DNA of 64,000 nt from a virus (Duplodnaviria; Caudoviricetes): positions 3,333-67,332 of the IMG/VR virus record IMGVR_UViG_2791355125_000001; one strand, 5' to 3'. The notes under the pieces are model-generated. The model ran no database searches. It was given only the letters and a program-made list of their open reading frames with translations, and was not told where the DNA came from. This document shows, in pieces, positions 9,378 to 19,721 of the stretch (the first letter of the stretch is position 1; each line of letters begins with the position of its first letter). A program made the position numbers and the translations under genes.

Positions 9378-12300
9378 TACTTGTACCACCCCGGCTTGCG
9401 TCCTGCGGACGTCACCGCCTTACCGGCAGCATGGCGCTGCAGTTGCGAGATCGCATCTTCCGTTCCGGTAAATCCGGCGATCATCTGTCCGCCGGGCAAT
9501 TGCAGCACAACAGGACGGCCCGAGGCGGCAGCGACAGGTGCAAGCGCGGCGTTGACGAGCCCACCATTGGCAAACTGCGGAATGTTGAAGCTCGACAGGC
9601 GCGACCTGATGCCATTGACCAGCCCGCCGAGGTTGAAGCCCTTAATCTTGTCGAGAAAGTCCCTCGGGAGCTGCAGGTTATTCAGGGCATGGAATAGGCC
9701 GGGACCATAGAAGGACACCGCCCTTTCCCGCGCCACGAACTCGCCGTTCGATAGCCAGGCAGGAATGCTGTCGCTTGTCGACGTGCCAGCCCCCCACACC
9801 CGGCCACCGAGGGAAAAGCCCTTGCCACCGGAGCGCGATGACGAGGAAGACGACGACGCGGCGGATGAGCGGAGCTTCGCGGCCTGTGCGGCTGCCTGGC
9901 GAAGCGCGGCGATGATGCTATTGATCATCGTCGTGATCTCGCTGCCGATCTGCCGAACGTTGCTGGAGATGGCCGAGAAGCCGCCTTCCACCGCCGCCTT
10001 GATCGCCGCCATGATTGCATCGATCTGGCCAGGAAGCTGCCGAAACGGCTCCATGATGGCATCAGAAAGACCCGACGATCCCTGAACATCCGCGAAGATG
10101 GTCGGGATGCGGGCAACCTCAGTCGCCAGCCCATCCACCGCAGCACGGGCACCGTCCGGCAGGGCCGAGATGGTATCCGCCGCCTGCTTGTTCGTGTCCG
10201 CCCAACTTTGGCCGAGGGCATCTACCCCCTGTTTAGCCGAACCGGCGACGATGGTGATCTCGGTCGCGACCTGCTGGATATCGGCGCCGGCCTTGTCGAG
10301 ACCTTCGGTCAAAGCCTCCGCTGGCGTCGTCTGGCCGCGCAGTTCTTCCGGCAATGACCGGATCGCTGATGCGACGCCATCTGTGACCGACTTGATCTTC
10401 TGGCCCGTTGCATCACTGCTGGTGTTTAGGTCATCCAACGCCACCTTTGACTGATCGACTGCACGAGCAACGCCGTTGGCGAGTTCGAAGACCTGCTTGA
10501 CCGGCCCGTTGGCGCCGTACTTGGTGACGGTGATGGTATTGCCGAGATCCTCGACCTTGGCCGAGGTCTGCGCGACCGCTTCGCCGGCCCCCTTAATTTC
10601 GTCAGCACTCTGCTTGATCACGCCAGCATAGCCGGCAATTCCAAGAGCAGCTTGACGCTGGGCAAACTGGGAGTCAGTGATCGCGCCGGTCGTTACGTTG
10701 ATCCAGTTGACGCTTTCGGCTGCATCCTTAACGAACTTGTGAGGTGCCTCCGTCAGATCAAGAAACTGCTGCGCCAGTTTGCCAAGCTCCGGGCTGGCCG
10801 CGCCGAGTTTCGAAATCTCCTCGCGAAACGCCTCCACATCCCGTGTATTCTTGAACTGCTTGAACACTTCAAAAAGCTTATCGGCTGCATGAGGCAGGAG
10901 GCCATCGAACTGTTCGATCGCATTGATCGCGTCGTTGATCGATGCATCGAGGCCCTTGTTGGCAGCTTCCAAAGATAGACGCGCCTGGATCAGAGCCTGA
11001 TCCTTCATCTGCTGCGTCATGTCAGCGACCTTGCGGCCGGCTTGGTCGTAAGCGTCCCTGACCTTGCCGACCAAATCCTCGTGGACCTGCAAAGCTCGCG
11101 TCGCTTCACCTGTCTGCGTCGCCCAGCCCGCAATCAAGGTGCCGATGCCGACGATGACGGACGCCCATGGATTGGCCCAGAAAACTCGCGCCAGCAGAGC
11201 GATAGCTTCGACCGCCAGCATGATACCGGAACGGAGTAGTTTGAACCCACCAATCAGGTTGAGCAGGGAGGCTCCGATAAGCAACTGCCCGCCCGTCAGA
11301 TTGGTGCCGAACAGCTTGTTAATCGCCTCAGTGACGCCAGTGGCCGCCCCGTGAATCGCCTTGAATGCGGGCAAAACAACGCTGTTGGCAACGTTGTAGG
11401 CATCCTTGCCGAACTGGATAATCCCGTCCCGCCAGTCGATTATCCATTTGTTTTGAACGTCGGCATCCCGGCCGGTGAGGGCCGACACGAAATCCTTTAT
11501 CAGGATGGTTGCAGGTTCGACGGCGCGGCTGACGAAATCCAGCATCGCCTGCCGGTTCTTCACGATCATGTCGCGTAGCGAATTGGCAGCGCGCGTTACT
11601 CCTGGTGCGAACAACAGTCCGAGCTGCACGCGAGCGGCCTTGACGGCGGTGCCCATATCATCGAGCGCGGTGCGCAGCGCATCGCCGATCTTCAGCTGGT
11701 CGGGGGAGAAGACGATGCCGAGCCTTTCGGCCTTGTCGGCGAGTTCCTTTAACCCATCCGCGCCCTGGTTCAGGAACGGGATCAAGCTGGCGCCCGACTT
11801 CCCGAAGAATTCCATCGCCAAGGCGCTCTTCCTGGCGCTGTCCGGCATCCGCGCGAAGGCCCTCGCGAGATCCCGCACAATCGCCTCTGTCGGGCGGATC
11901 TTCCCATTGGCGTCGCGAATGGCGATACCGAGCATCTTGAACTTGTCGGCGGATGCTTTGTTGCCGGCTAATGCCGCCCCTAACTCCTTGTTGAGGCGGT
12001 TCATGCCTGCCTGAAAATCGCTCTGGCTGACATAGGCGGCCTCGGCGGCGAACGCCAAGCGGCCATATGCGTCTATCTGGAGGCCAGCAGACGCCGCTGC
12101 CTTTCCAGCCTCCGTGACCGTAAGCGCACTGTTCCTCGCGAGCGCGACCATCGCCACACCAGCAGCACCGGCCGACGTCGTGATTGCCCCGAAGGCGAGT
12201 GTCAGACGACGGCCAACGGTGGCGAGATCAGACCCGACGCGGCTGAGAGAAGCGCTTAGCTTGGCGAAATCAGCCTGCTTTGTGGCCGCGCCAATCTTCT

Positions 12301-12403
12301 TGAACGCCTTTTCACCGACGTCGCCCAGCGCCTGCAGCTGCGCCTTCATCGCCTCGCCGCCTTCAAAGGCGATGCGCTGCTTAATGGTCTGTCGTCCCGA
12401 CAT
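9377..12403 (-). CDS. Tail tape measure protein
   Basis: 1008 aa, Ala-rich helical; GAGTSTSDSIPAWLSNGEFV motif. Confidence 0.92.
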   Translation of the reverse strand: MSGRQTIKQRIAFEGGEAMKAQLQALGDVGEKAFKKIGAATKQADFAKLSASLSRVGSDLATVGRRLTLAFGAITTSAGAAGVAMVALARNSALTVTEAGKAAASAGLQIDAYGRLAFAAEAAYVSQSDFQAGMNRLNKELGAALAGNKASADKFKMLGIAIRDANGKIRPTEAIVRDLARAFARMPDSARKSALAMEFFGKSGASLIPFLNQGADGLKELADKAERLGIVFSPDQLKIGDALRTALDDMGTAVKAARVQLGLLFAPGVTRAANSLRDMIVKNRQAMLDFVSRAVEPATILIKDFVSALTGRDADVQNKWIIDWRDGIIQFGKDAYNVANSVVLPAFKAIHGAATGVTEAINKLFGTNLTGGQLLIGASLLNLIGGFKLLRSGIMLAVEAIALLARVFWANPWASVIVGIGTLIAGWATQTGEATRALQVHEDLVGKVRDAYDQAGRKVADMTQQMKDQALIQARLSLEAANKGLDASINDAINAIEQFDGLLPHAADKLFEVFKQFKNTRDVEAFREEISKLGAASPELGKLAQQFLDLTEAPHKFVKDAAESVNWINVTTGAITDSQFAQRQAALGIAGYAGVIKQSADEIKGAGEAVAQTSAKVEDLGNTITVTKYGANGPVKQVFELANGVARAVDQSKVALDDLNTSSDATGQKIKSVTDGVASAIRSLPEELRGQTTPAEALTEGLDKAGADIQQVATEITIVAGSAKQGVDALGQSWADTNKQAADTISALPDGARAAVDGLATEVARIPTIFADVQGSSGLSDAIMEPFRQLPGQIDAIMAAIKAAVEGGFSAISSNVRQIGSEITTMINSIIAALRQAAAQAAKLRSSAASSSSSSSRSGGKGFSLGGRVWGAGTSTSDSIPAWLSNGEFVARERAVSFYGPGLFHALNNLQLPRDFLDKIKGFNLGGLVNGIRSRLSSFNIPQFANGGLVNAALAPVAAASGRPVVLQLPGGQMIAGFTGTEDAISQLQRHAAGKAVTSAGRKPGWYK

Positions 12404-12407
12404 CGCG

Positions 12408-13076
12408 TCAGTCCTTTATGAGCAGGTGTTTGGCGTAGAGCTCGGCCAGGCGTCCGGCCGCCCTGCCGGTGATCTGGCGAATGGAGAAGCGCTTCTTGAT
12501 GCTCACGCTGTCGACACCGATGAACAGCGGCACGGTGCGCGTCGGAGTCGCTCCGGAATTGCTTTTCTGTCCGCCCTTCCGGAGCCGTGCTGTCGTGACC
12601 TTGCCGACCTGACCACTCTTCGCCTGGGCCTTGGAAAGCGATACCTTCCCGCCGAGGAATGTCTTTCCTCGGATGTTCATGGTCACCAGCGGGCCGAACG
12701 CCTGCGTGTAGAGCTTAGGCGTCATGCGCTTGGAGCCGACTTTCTTCGGGGTCGAAGAGAGTGGAATCCAGAGTTTCGACTTGCCGCGGATCGTCGCGCC
12801 AGCCTCGAAAACATCGGCGTACGGAATCTTGTGATAGATCAGTGCCGCAGCTTTGCTTGAAACCCGCTTGCTGCCCTGCGGATAAACATCAACGCGGAAA
12901 GCGTTTTGCCACCGCTTGCCGAAGCCGGCCCGGGCAATGTCTGCCCGAGCCTCTCGCTTCACATTGTCGGCGAACTCCAGCATCGCGCCTTTTGCGGCAA
13001 CCGCGATCGGGCGATCGATCTCGATCAGAGCCGCGCGCAACTCATCCGGCGTATAGATGTATCGGACGCGCGCCAT
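12408..13076 (-). CDS. Basic tail-completion-like protein (DUF6441-like)
   Basis: Start MARVRYIY; AGFGKRWQNAFRVDVYP, GATIRGKSKLWIPL motifs. Confidence 0.7.
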   Translation of the reverse strand: MARVRYIYTPDELRAALIEIDRPIAVAAKGAMLEFADNVKREARADIARAGFGKRWQNAFRVDVYPQGSKRVSSKAAALIYHKIPYADVFEAGATIRGKSKLWIPLSSTPKKVGSKRMTPKLYTQAFGPLVTMNIRGKTFLGGKVSLSKAQAKSGQVGKVTTARLRKGGQKSNSGATPTRTVPLFIGVDSVSIKKRFSIRQITGRAAGRLAELYAKHLLIKD

Positions 13077-13084
13077 GGCCGAGC

Positions 13085-13315
13085 CTAGTCCTTCTCGGAG
13101 ATCTTGATGATCCTTTGGACCTCGCGAGGATCGCCACGCGCGGCCAAGGCGCCGATGGATAGCTGCTCCGCATTCTCGCGGTTGCGCCGCTTGCCGGCAA
13201 ACAACAGGAAGCCGGCAATCTGTTTTGGGGTGTAACCCCACACCGCAGCCGGCGGGTGGCCGGCCGCGATGAGCGTGTCTATCGCTTCTGCGATTTCGTA
13301 ACCCGCGCCTTTGGC
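13085..13315 (-). CDS. Tail assembly chaperone GT extension (-1 frameshift frame)
   Basis: Slippery G CCA AAG at 13315-13309; open -1 frame ...LIAAGHPPAAVWGYTPKQIAGFL...SEKD*. Confidence 0.7.
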   Translation of the reverse strand, partial: AKGAGYEIAEAIDTLIAAGHPPAAVWGYTPKQIAGFLLFAGKRRNRENAEQLSIGALAARGDPREVQRIIKISEKD

Positions 13316-13698
13316 GATGCTCCGCCCTCGGCGCCCAGAACCGCCCCCAGCGCCGTCAGCTTCTCGACGAAGGGGCCCATGCCTTTTGGGAGTGTCAGCC
13401 TCAGGATCGCTGCCAGCAGATCGGCCTGCTCGTCGACGGCGATGCGATCTGCCATCGCCTCGGCCTGCTCACTTCCTGGATAGCCGCAGCCGGCGGCGAT
13501 GATCGCGGAAACGGCATCGCCGCCCATTTCCATGAGCCGATCGACGTCGACCGACTTGCCCGTTATCAGCATGCGCAACTCGGGGAAGCGCGAAAGCAGC
13601 ACGGCGACGCCCTTGGCGGAAACGCCATAGACTTCGACCTTCTCGCCCAGAGCGGTAACGGTCTCCGCAACCGGTGCGATATCAAGCAAACCCGCCAT
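13279..13698 (-). CDS. Tail assembly chaperone (G)
   Basis: Lies between tail tube and TMP genes. Confidence 0.8.
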   Translation of the reverse strand: MAGLLDIAPVAETVTALGEKVEVYGVSAKGVAVLLSRFPELRMLITGKSVDVDRLMEMGGDAVSAIIAAGCGYPGSEQAEAMADRIAVDEQADLLAAILRLTLPKGMGPFVEKLTALGAVLGAEGGASPKARVTKSQKR

Positions 13699-13701
13699 GG
13701 A

Positions 13702-14232
13702 TTACTCCTCCGCATCCACGATGGTCATCCGGCCGAAGTCGGACGTGCCGTCGGTGTACTCGGTCGCCAGCAGGTCGCCGGTGATCTCGATCTGGCCCCA
13801 ATCATCCCCAGAGATCGGGCTGAAGGAGCCGGTGGGGCCGAATGAGACGTTCGGGAAGTCACCATGCACCTTGTTGCCGACGTCATTGGTGCCGGTGAAG
13901 GTGAGCGCCCCTTCGATGATCGACTTCGACATGATGCGAATGACCTTGCCTTCCGTCGACTCATCGACGTCCGACATCATCATCATTCCCAGGTTCTCGG
14001 CGGTGATTTCATCGAGAACGATGCGGATGGTGACGGACTTGTCGTCGTACTGGACCTTGTCCGTCTTTTTCGAGCCATTGCGCGACGACTTGTGCTCTCT
14101 CTTCGTGCCCACCGTTGGCGTCAACTCGCACTCGACGATGTTGCCGAGGTCGCGCTTGGCGCCGCCTTTCGGCGTCCACTCAAGGAGGCCGGTGCCCTGG
14201 AAGTAGTTCAGCGTATTGGGGGAAACTGGCAT
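13702..14232 (-). CDS. Major tail tube protein
   Basis: RDLGN..E.TP...EHKSSRNG motif; GGAG SD. Confidence 0.8.
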   Translation of the reverse strand: MPVSPNTLNYFQGTGLLEWTPKGGAKRDLGNIVECELTPTVGTKREHKSSRNGSKKTDKVQYDDKSVTIRIVLDEITAENLGMMMMSDVDESTEGKVIRIMSKSIIEGALTFTGTNDVGNKVHGDFPNVSFGPTGSFSPISGDDWGQIEITGDLLATEYTDGTSDFGRMTIVDAEE

Positions 14233-14250
14233 TGGGATGTCTCCAATAGG

Positions 14251-14270
14251 AAAAGCCCGCTTGGCGGGGT
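14251..14270 (-). terminator. Hairpin plus U-tract upstream of the tail tube gene
   Basis: Minus strand CCCGC CAA GCGGG CTTTT. Confidence 0.4.
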
Positions 14271-14296
14271 TCGGGGTGAATGGTGAGGGGGATGCT

Positions 14297-14737
14297 TCAG
14301 AGTTTGTCGGGCCACATCCGGTAGGTGAAGCTGATGCTCACCCCCATCTCGCCCTCCATCGAGCGCCCGCGCGCGAGACCTGTGGCGCAGCCCTCGTATC
14401 GGATGCCTTCGCCGTTGAACGTCATATCTTTCAAGGACGCGTCGCTGAACACTGCACGAACGAACCGCGCCCGGATCTGGTTGATCAAGGTGCCGACGCC
14501 TTCCGGTGATCCGGACAGCAGGATGTAAATTTCCGGGCTCATGTGGATGCGGCGCGGCGCGTTCGTCGGTCGCTTGGTGGGATCGCCATCGTCTGCCTGT
14601 TCATCGGCGTCCCAAATGACGATTGCCGGCCTCTGCCTCTCCGGCACGTCGGACTTGTTGCGGTACGCCTTGATCACACCTTCGACGCCGGCCGCGATTT
14701 CCACGAGCCGGGCAAGGATCGCCTCGCGATGATCCAT
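14297..14737 (-). CDS. Tail terminator protein
   Basis: Start MDHREAILARL; RPAIVIWDADE motif; precedes tube gene. Confidence 0.7.
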   Translation of the reverse strand: MDHREAILARLVEIAAGVEGVIKAYRNKSDVPERQRPAIVIWDADEQADDGDPTKRPTNAPRRIHMSPEIYILLSGSPEGVGTLINQIRARFVRAVFSDASLKDMTFNGEGIRYEGCATGLARGRSMEGEMGVSISFTYRMWPDKL

Positions 14738-14739
14738 CG

Positions 14740-15066
14740 TTATTTCTCCGAGAGGAACAGATAGATTTCGCCGTCGGCCTCGCCCTTTGGGGACGGCTTC
14801 GGCAGGTGACTGTCCACACGCCAGGTCTTGCCGTTGAACGTCAGCTTCGCGTCTTCCAGGTCGGCGAGATCGATGCTCGCCAGTTCGGTCGCGCGCACCG
14901 TGGCCGCCGGGAGGACCGTTTGGACATCGACTGATCCACCAACCTCGACGCCGGTCGTCTTGTCGATCACCGTCAACGTGAGTGTAGGACCGTCCTCGAT
15001 GATTAGCGTCGCCGGCACCCCAAAGACGGCATAGTTCGGGCCATACAGAAGCGCTTGCCAGTCCAT
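14740..15066 (-). CDS. Head-tail joining (head closure) protein
   Basis: Position; VFGVPATL..WRV motifs. Confidence 0.7.
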   Translation of the reverse strand: MDWQALLYGPNYAVFGVPATLIIEDGPTLTLTVIDKTTGVEVGGSVDVQTVLPAATVRATELASIDLADLEDAKLTFNGKTWRVDSHLPKPSPKGEADGEIYLFLSEK

Positions 15067-15078
15067 TACTTACCTCGC

Positions 15079-15669
15079 CTACGCCGGTTCGATCTTGAGC
15101 GCCTCGGCCAGCGACATGCGCGGCCATACCTTGAGATTGCTGACCGGGCTGCAGTTGATCACCGGCACCGGGATGGACGGCGCGACCTGTCGGAACTCGG
15201 CCGTTTGATCCTCGTAGCTCCGCGCCACGTAATGCCATGGGTATTCGTCATCGTGGCCGTGTCGGCGCCCGTCGACGAACTTGCCATCGACGCCAAGCAG
15301 GACGATCTTTCCCGCTCCGAAGTGGACGGCCAGATTAATTGCTCCGGTGACGCTGGAGCGGTTCAGGGCAAGCTCGCCCCGCAGAGTCGCCAGACGCGTC
15401 GGCGCCACTTTGGCCAGATGCACCACTGCAGGGTCCGAGACGCTGCCAGTGGTCACGCAGAGGCCGGAGAAGCCCATCGGCTTGAACCGGTCATACCAGC
15501 GACCATCGGCGAAGAAGAGAACATCGGCGAGGGGATAGAGCTTCCACGCCGAGTTGATGGCGATGACCCGGTGCCCGAGGAGAAGCGAGAGGTCGAGATC
15601 CAGAACCGACGGGCCGCCGGCCAGGATGACGACCGTCTCGCCGCTCCAGTCGAGCATCGGGTCGGGCAT
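15079..15669 (-). CDS. DUF115/sialyltransferase-like Rossmann-fold protein
   Basis: VVILAGGPS, VIAIN, ADVLFFAD, SVTGAINLAVHFGAGKIVLLGVD, VINCSP; TGATG coupling. Confidence 0.7.
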   Translation of the reverse strand: MPDPMLDWSGETVVILAGGPSVLDLDLSLLLGHRVIAINSAWKLYPLADVLFFADGRWYDRFKPMGFSGLCVTTGSVSDPAVVHLAKVAPTRLATLRGELALNRSSVTGAINLAVHFGAGKIVLLGVDGKFVDGRRHGHDDEYPWHYVARSYEDQTAEFRQVAPSIPVPVINCSPVSNLKVWPRMSLAEALKIEPA

Positions 15670-16019
15670 CAGATCGAGATGCCGTTGAGCCTGACCTTGC
15701 CGACTGCGGACGGATTGGCCGCAGAAGCGTACGCAACGCCGATCAGCTTGTTGCCGCTGGCGGTCGTGGTGCAGTTCGCCGTGGCAGTCGCCCAATAGAT
15801 TTTCTCGCCGAAGGCCCAGGCCTGCGCCGATACCTTGGGCAGATTCCAGACACCGACGAGATCGAGTTCGCCCTTGGCGCCAACGGCAATATCGGTCTTG
15901 GCCACGCCGAAGATGGAGCCGACGAGAACACCGGAGCCGGACTTGATATCCGCAGCACCGGTTGCGGCCTGGTTGGTAAACGGGATCGTATCGCCCGGCT
16001 TAACGTAGTTCTTGGCCAT
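15669..16019 (-). CDS. DUF2190 family capsid cement/decoration protein
   Basis: MAKNYVKPG..GVWNLPK..GEKIYW..IGVA motifs. Confidence 0.85.
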   Translation of the reverse strand: MAKNYVKPGDTIPFTNQAATGAADIKSGSGVLVGSIFGVAKTDIAVGAKGELDLVGVWNLPKVSAQAWAFGEKIYWATATANCTTTASGNKLIGVAYASAANPSAVGKVRLNGISI

Positions 16020-16088
16020 AGCAGGCCTCCTTTCGAGGATTTGAAATCGGGTGGGTGGATGGACGGGCGCGTGGCCCGTCCGCACTCA

Positions 16089-18041
16089 TCAGGAGCCGCT
16101 CGACTCGGACAGGCCGCGGAAGTCGAGCGCCTTGACGCCGGCATCGATGCGGACCTTGAACTCGGCGCCGTCGACACTCCAGCCATCACGCTGCTCAAGC
16201 ACGGGTGAGGAGTTGCCGTTGAGATAGGCCACCTCTATCGTATCCTGCGCGTTCGGATTGGCTGCGAGATACCACTTCGCCTTGGAGCTCTGCGAAAGGC
16301 GTGCCTCCGAAACGACCTGAGCCAGGCCGCGCACCGTGTTCGGGTTCTTCTGCGTGCCGGCCGGATCGAATTCCGCCGCCATTAGCGCCGTCGCCTTGCC
16401 CTCCAGTTCGACCGGGACCAGGATGAACGCCGGGCGGATGTTCAGGCCGCCGGTGGCATTCTGGTCGGGGTCCTTCTGCAGTGCCATCGCCGAGCGGGCC
16501 GCGTCGACCGCTGCCATCGTGACGCCGCCAGTGCCCTTGTTGCCGTGGTCATCGTGGAACAGCGGCTTGCCGTCCGACATAACCACGTTGCCGGTGATCT
16601 GCGCGTAGACCAGATTGCCGATGGTGCGGCGCGCAGCGCGGCCCATGCGCGAGGGAATGCGCGTGAAGGACGACAGGTCATCATTGATGATTGCCTGTCG
16701 GGTGATGGAGAACATCTTGCCGTAAGTGGCAAGCTGGATCGTCTCGCCGCGGTCGCCGATGGTCCCATAGGAGTACTCGCCACCTTCCGGAACTTCCGAC
16801 AGCGCCGGGAAGAGGTTCAGGTCGACGCGCTTGGTCGGCTTGAAGTCCGACAGCACGCCCTTCGCGGTCCAGGCTTCGAAGGTCTCCTCGGCCTCGAGGT
16901 AGCCCTTGAGCATGGATTTGTTGGCGACGTTCGCGAGCACCTCGACGAAGTCGCTGGTCGAGTGCTGCATGGTGAATGCAGCGCCCACCATGGCCATGGG
17001 ATCACGGAACGTCGTCATATTGACGTTGTTGCGGACGAGGGATTCGCGAGCGACTTCGCGCAGCGACATTGCGGAGAACTCGTTGACCTCGCCGCCCTCC
17101 AGACCAGCCTTGGCCATCAGGGACTTCGACACGCCTTCCTTGAAGCGGTCGCGGGCATCGGCGGTGACAGTGGCGACCGGGCGGATTTCCGGCTGCTTGT
17201 CGCGAGCGGCAAGCGCGTTGATGATGCCGTCCTTGCCCTTCTCCAGGTCGCCAGCGGCGGCCTTCATCACCGCCGAGGTCTCGGCCATGGTGAGATTGGC
17301 GACTTCGCAGCGGGCGAAGATTTCGTCGGCATGATTGGCGACGGGCGCGGCCGGGGTTACCGTGGCCGTCACGGGTGCAGTCTGTGCCATGATAGGCTCC
17401 TTTCGAGAAGTGGCATTGGCCACGGGGGAAGCAGGGCGAGCGCGGTGCGCCTCCTGCGGTATCGACGACGGAAGGCCGGCGTAGATGCTGTAGTCGAAGG
17501 CAGCGACCGCTTCGGCCGCCGTATCGTCGGTTGCGGTCGCGAAGCCCTGGGCGACCGCTTCATCGGCAGTCAGCCAGGTCTCGGTCTTCATGAGTTCGCG
17601 CATGGCGTCGATGTTCGCGCCGGTACGCTTGGCGTAGATGCCGGCGATGACGTCTGCCGTCTTGTCGAGAATGCCGGCGTTGGAGCGGTGGGCTTCGGCG
17701 TTGCCGATGGTGATGCCGGATGGATCGTGGATCATCAGCAGGGCGCCGGTGCGCATGACGATGCTGTCGCCGGCCATGGCGATGACGGAAGCCGAGGAGG
17801 CCGCGATGGCATCCACCGAAACGGTCACTTTGCCGGGGTGGGCAACGAGCGCGTTGTAGATGGCCACGCCGTGACTGACATAGCCACCGCCGGAATTGAC
17901 CCGGACACTCACGTCGCCAGGGCCCACCTCGGCCAGGGCATCGATGACATCGCGGTCCGTGAACCCCGTGCCATCACCCCATATGTCGCCGACGTTGCCG
18001 TAAAGCACGACCTCGCCGCCGACGAGAAGTCGGTGCGTCAT
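16089..18041 (-). CDS. ClpP-like prohead protease / major capsid protein fusion
   Basis: VRVNSGGG, AASSASVIAMAG, MIHDPS; capsid part HSTSDF, YGKMFSITRQAIINDD. Confidence 0.92.
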   Translation of the reverse strand: MTHRLLVGGEVVLYGNVGDIWGDGTGFTDRDVIDALAEVGPGDVSVRVNSGGGYVSHGVAIYNALVAHPGKVTVSVDAIAASSASVIAMAGDSIVMRTGALLMIHDPSGITIGNAEAHRSNAGILDKTADVIAGIYAKRTGANIDAMRELMKTETWLTADEAVAQGFATATDDTAAEAVAAFDYSIYAGLPSSIPQEAHRARPASPVANATSRKEPIMAQTAPVTATVTPAAPVANHADEIFARCEVANLTMAETSAVMKAAAGDLEKGKDGIINALAARDKQPEIRPVATVTADARDRFKEGVSKSLMAKAGLEGGEVNEFSAMSLREVARESLVRNNVNMTTFRDPMAMVGAAFTMQHSTSDFVEVLANVANKSMLKGYLEAEETFEAWTAKGVLSDFKPTKRVDLNLFPALSEVPEGGEYSYGTIGDRGETIQLATYGKMFSITRQAIINDDLSSFTRIPSRMGRAARRTIGNLVYAQITGNVVMSDGKPLFHDDHGNKGTGGVTMAAVDAARSAMALQKDPDQNATGGLNIRPAFILVPVELEGKATALMAAEFDPAGTQKNPNTVRGLAQVVSEARLSQSSKAKWYLAANPNAQDTIEVAYLNGNSSPVLEQRDGWSVDGAEFKVRIDAGVKALDFRGLSESSGS

Positions 18042-18065
18042 TGTGTTTCCTTTCGTTGAGACTAG

Positions 18066-19514
18066 CTAGTTCTGCGGCTGTTGCTGCGGTGCTGGGTTGC
18101 CCACGCTCGTGACCTTGCGCGGATCACTGTCGAAGATCAGGCCGAGATCGTCCGCCCGGGTGTTGTCGGCGGCGATTTCCTCATCAAGATCGGCGGGGTC
18201 GAAGCCGAGCTTGCGCTGCTCATTCGAACGCGAAGAAAGCCCGGTGCGGATCGCGTCGCGGGATGCCGCCACCTCTTCCCGCGGATTGATCATCTCGCGG
18301 CGCGGTGGGGTCCATAGGACCTTGGCCGAGATCGACCGACCGAGTTTGATGGCAGCCGCATCGAGAAACCACTTGCCGACCGGCTGCATCATCTGCGGCA
18401 GCAGCATGAAGTTGCGCCACGCGTCTATGTTGCGCTGCTCGACCAGCCAGCCCATGCGCCCGGAAGAGAAATTCACGTTGGACAGGTCGCCGGAAAACGA
18501 TTCATACGAAATGCCGAGCCCGGCCGCGATCTCGCGATCCTGACCCTTGATGTAGTCGGCGTAGTCATCGACCTTCGGAGGGGTGCCGAAGGTGACTTCC
18601 TCGTCGTCGTTCAGCCGCTCGATCATGCCAGGCTCGAACGACTCGACGGGATAGTCCTTGCCTTCATCCTTTACGCCAGAGCCTTCTGACGACTTGATGA
18701 AGGCCACGAAGCAGGCCGCTATTTTCTGCCGCATGAGATGGGCGTCGGCGAAGTCCGCTCTGTCGCGCATGCGCAGGATGACTGGAGCGAACCACGAGAT
18801 GCCACGGGCTTGGCCTGGCCTCTGGGTGTAAAAGACATGGGCGATGAATTCGGCCGGAACCGGCTTGCTGACCTGCAGCGAGTACGTCGCCATCGAGCCA
18901 GGATGCTCAGGAAACAGGTGATAGGCTTCGATCTTGCCGAAGGGGTTGAATTCGATGCCCTGCACCGCGTAGTTGCCGTTGGCCTGTGGTCCGTTGACAG
19001 AAGAGTCGAGATAGTCCGGCTCCATCACCTGAAGCTGGAACGGCAGTGGCAGCCCATCAGATGCATAGCGCGGTCTGTATCGGATCAGGGCCTCGCCGGA
19101 TTCCGGCACGGTCCCCATGACAACGTTCTGCTGGCCGTAGAGATCATGTCGGCCATAGGCATCGCAGGCTGTGGTGTCGAAATGCTGCTTCAGCAGATCC
19201 TCGAGCTGCCCCTTTAGCTGTTCGTCATCACACTCGATTGTCGGGATGATCCCTGTGCCGACGACGTTGTGGGCGATCAAGTGCTTGGCCCGCGCGGCCA
19301 GTGGCACGTTGCGAACCATGTCACGGGCGACATCGCGCAGCCGGCTCGCGGCGCCTAGGACTTCCGTGTTCGCATCGGTCGAGACGGAGCGCCAGCCCTG
19401 CGTGCGACGGCTGCGGGAAGCACCATCGTAGACCATGCGGGCTTGGCGGATCGCCTCGCCCTTGAGCGCGCGGCCGGGGGTGATGAAGTCGCCGAGACGT
19501 GAGAGAAAGCCCAT
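18066..19514 (-). CDS. Portal protein, lambda family
   Basis: RPGQARGISW, LSNVNFSSGRMG motifs. Confidence 0.93.
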   Translation of the reverse strand: MGFLSRLGDFITPGRALKGEAIRQARMVYDGASRSRRTQGWRSVSTDANTEVLGAASRLRDVARDMVRNVPLAARAKHLIAHNVVGTGIIPTIECDDEQLKGQLEDLLKQHFDTTACDAYGRHDLYGQQNVVMGTVPESGEALIRYRPRYASDGLPLPFQLQVMEPDYLDSSVNGPQANGNYAVQGIEFNPFGKIEAYHLFPEHPGSMATYSLQVSKPVPAEFIAHVFYTQRPGQARGISWFAPVILRMRDRADFADAHLMRQKIAACFVAFIKSSEGSGVKDEGKDYPVESFEPGMIERLNDDEEVTFGTPPKVDDYADYIKGQDREIAAGLGISYESFSGDLSNVNFSSGRMGWLVEQRNIDAWRNFMLLPQMMQPVGKWFLDAAAIKLGRSISAKVLWTPPRREMINPREEVAASRDAIRTGLSSRSNEQRKLGFDPADLDEEIAADNTRADDLGLIFDSDPRKVTSVGNPAPQQQPQN

Positions 19515-19516
19515 GG

Positions 19517-19717
19517 TCAGCACCCGTTACTGAAGCCGGCGACAGTGCGGCGTGGCCGCGTCGGTGAGGCAGAGACGTCGGCCTCCATGTCAGCAAGCTG
19601 CTTCTGCATTTCAGCGAGCGAGCGAAAGGTGGTGGTCGTTTCGCCGTGTCGAACGGTGAGCACGCCAGACGCCATTGCCGCCTTCAGCGCGTCGATCTGC
19701 GCCTGTGAATATGCCAT
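19517..19717 (-). CDS. gpW-like head-tail joining protein
   Basis: ALKAAMASGVLTV..FRSLAEM; between terL and portal. Confidence 0.85.
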   Translation of the reverse strand: MAYSQAQIDALKAAMASGVLTVRHGETTTTFRSLAEMQKQLADMEADVSASPTRPRRTVAGFSNGC

Positions 19718-19721
19718 CGAT

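Noticed and set aside
16545-18059. Long antisense ORFs (also 45027-46628, 43361-44518, 57376-58770, 296-859)
   Set aside because: Shadow frames of genuine high-GC genes with no recognisable motifs
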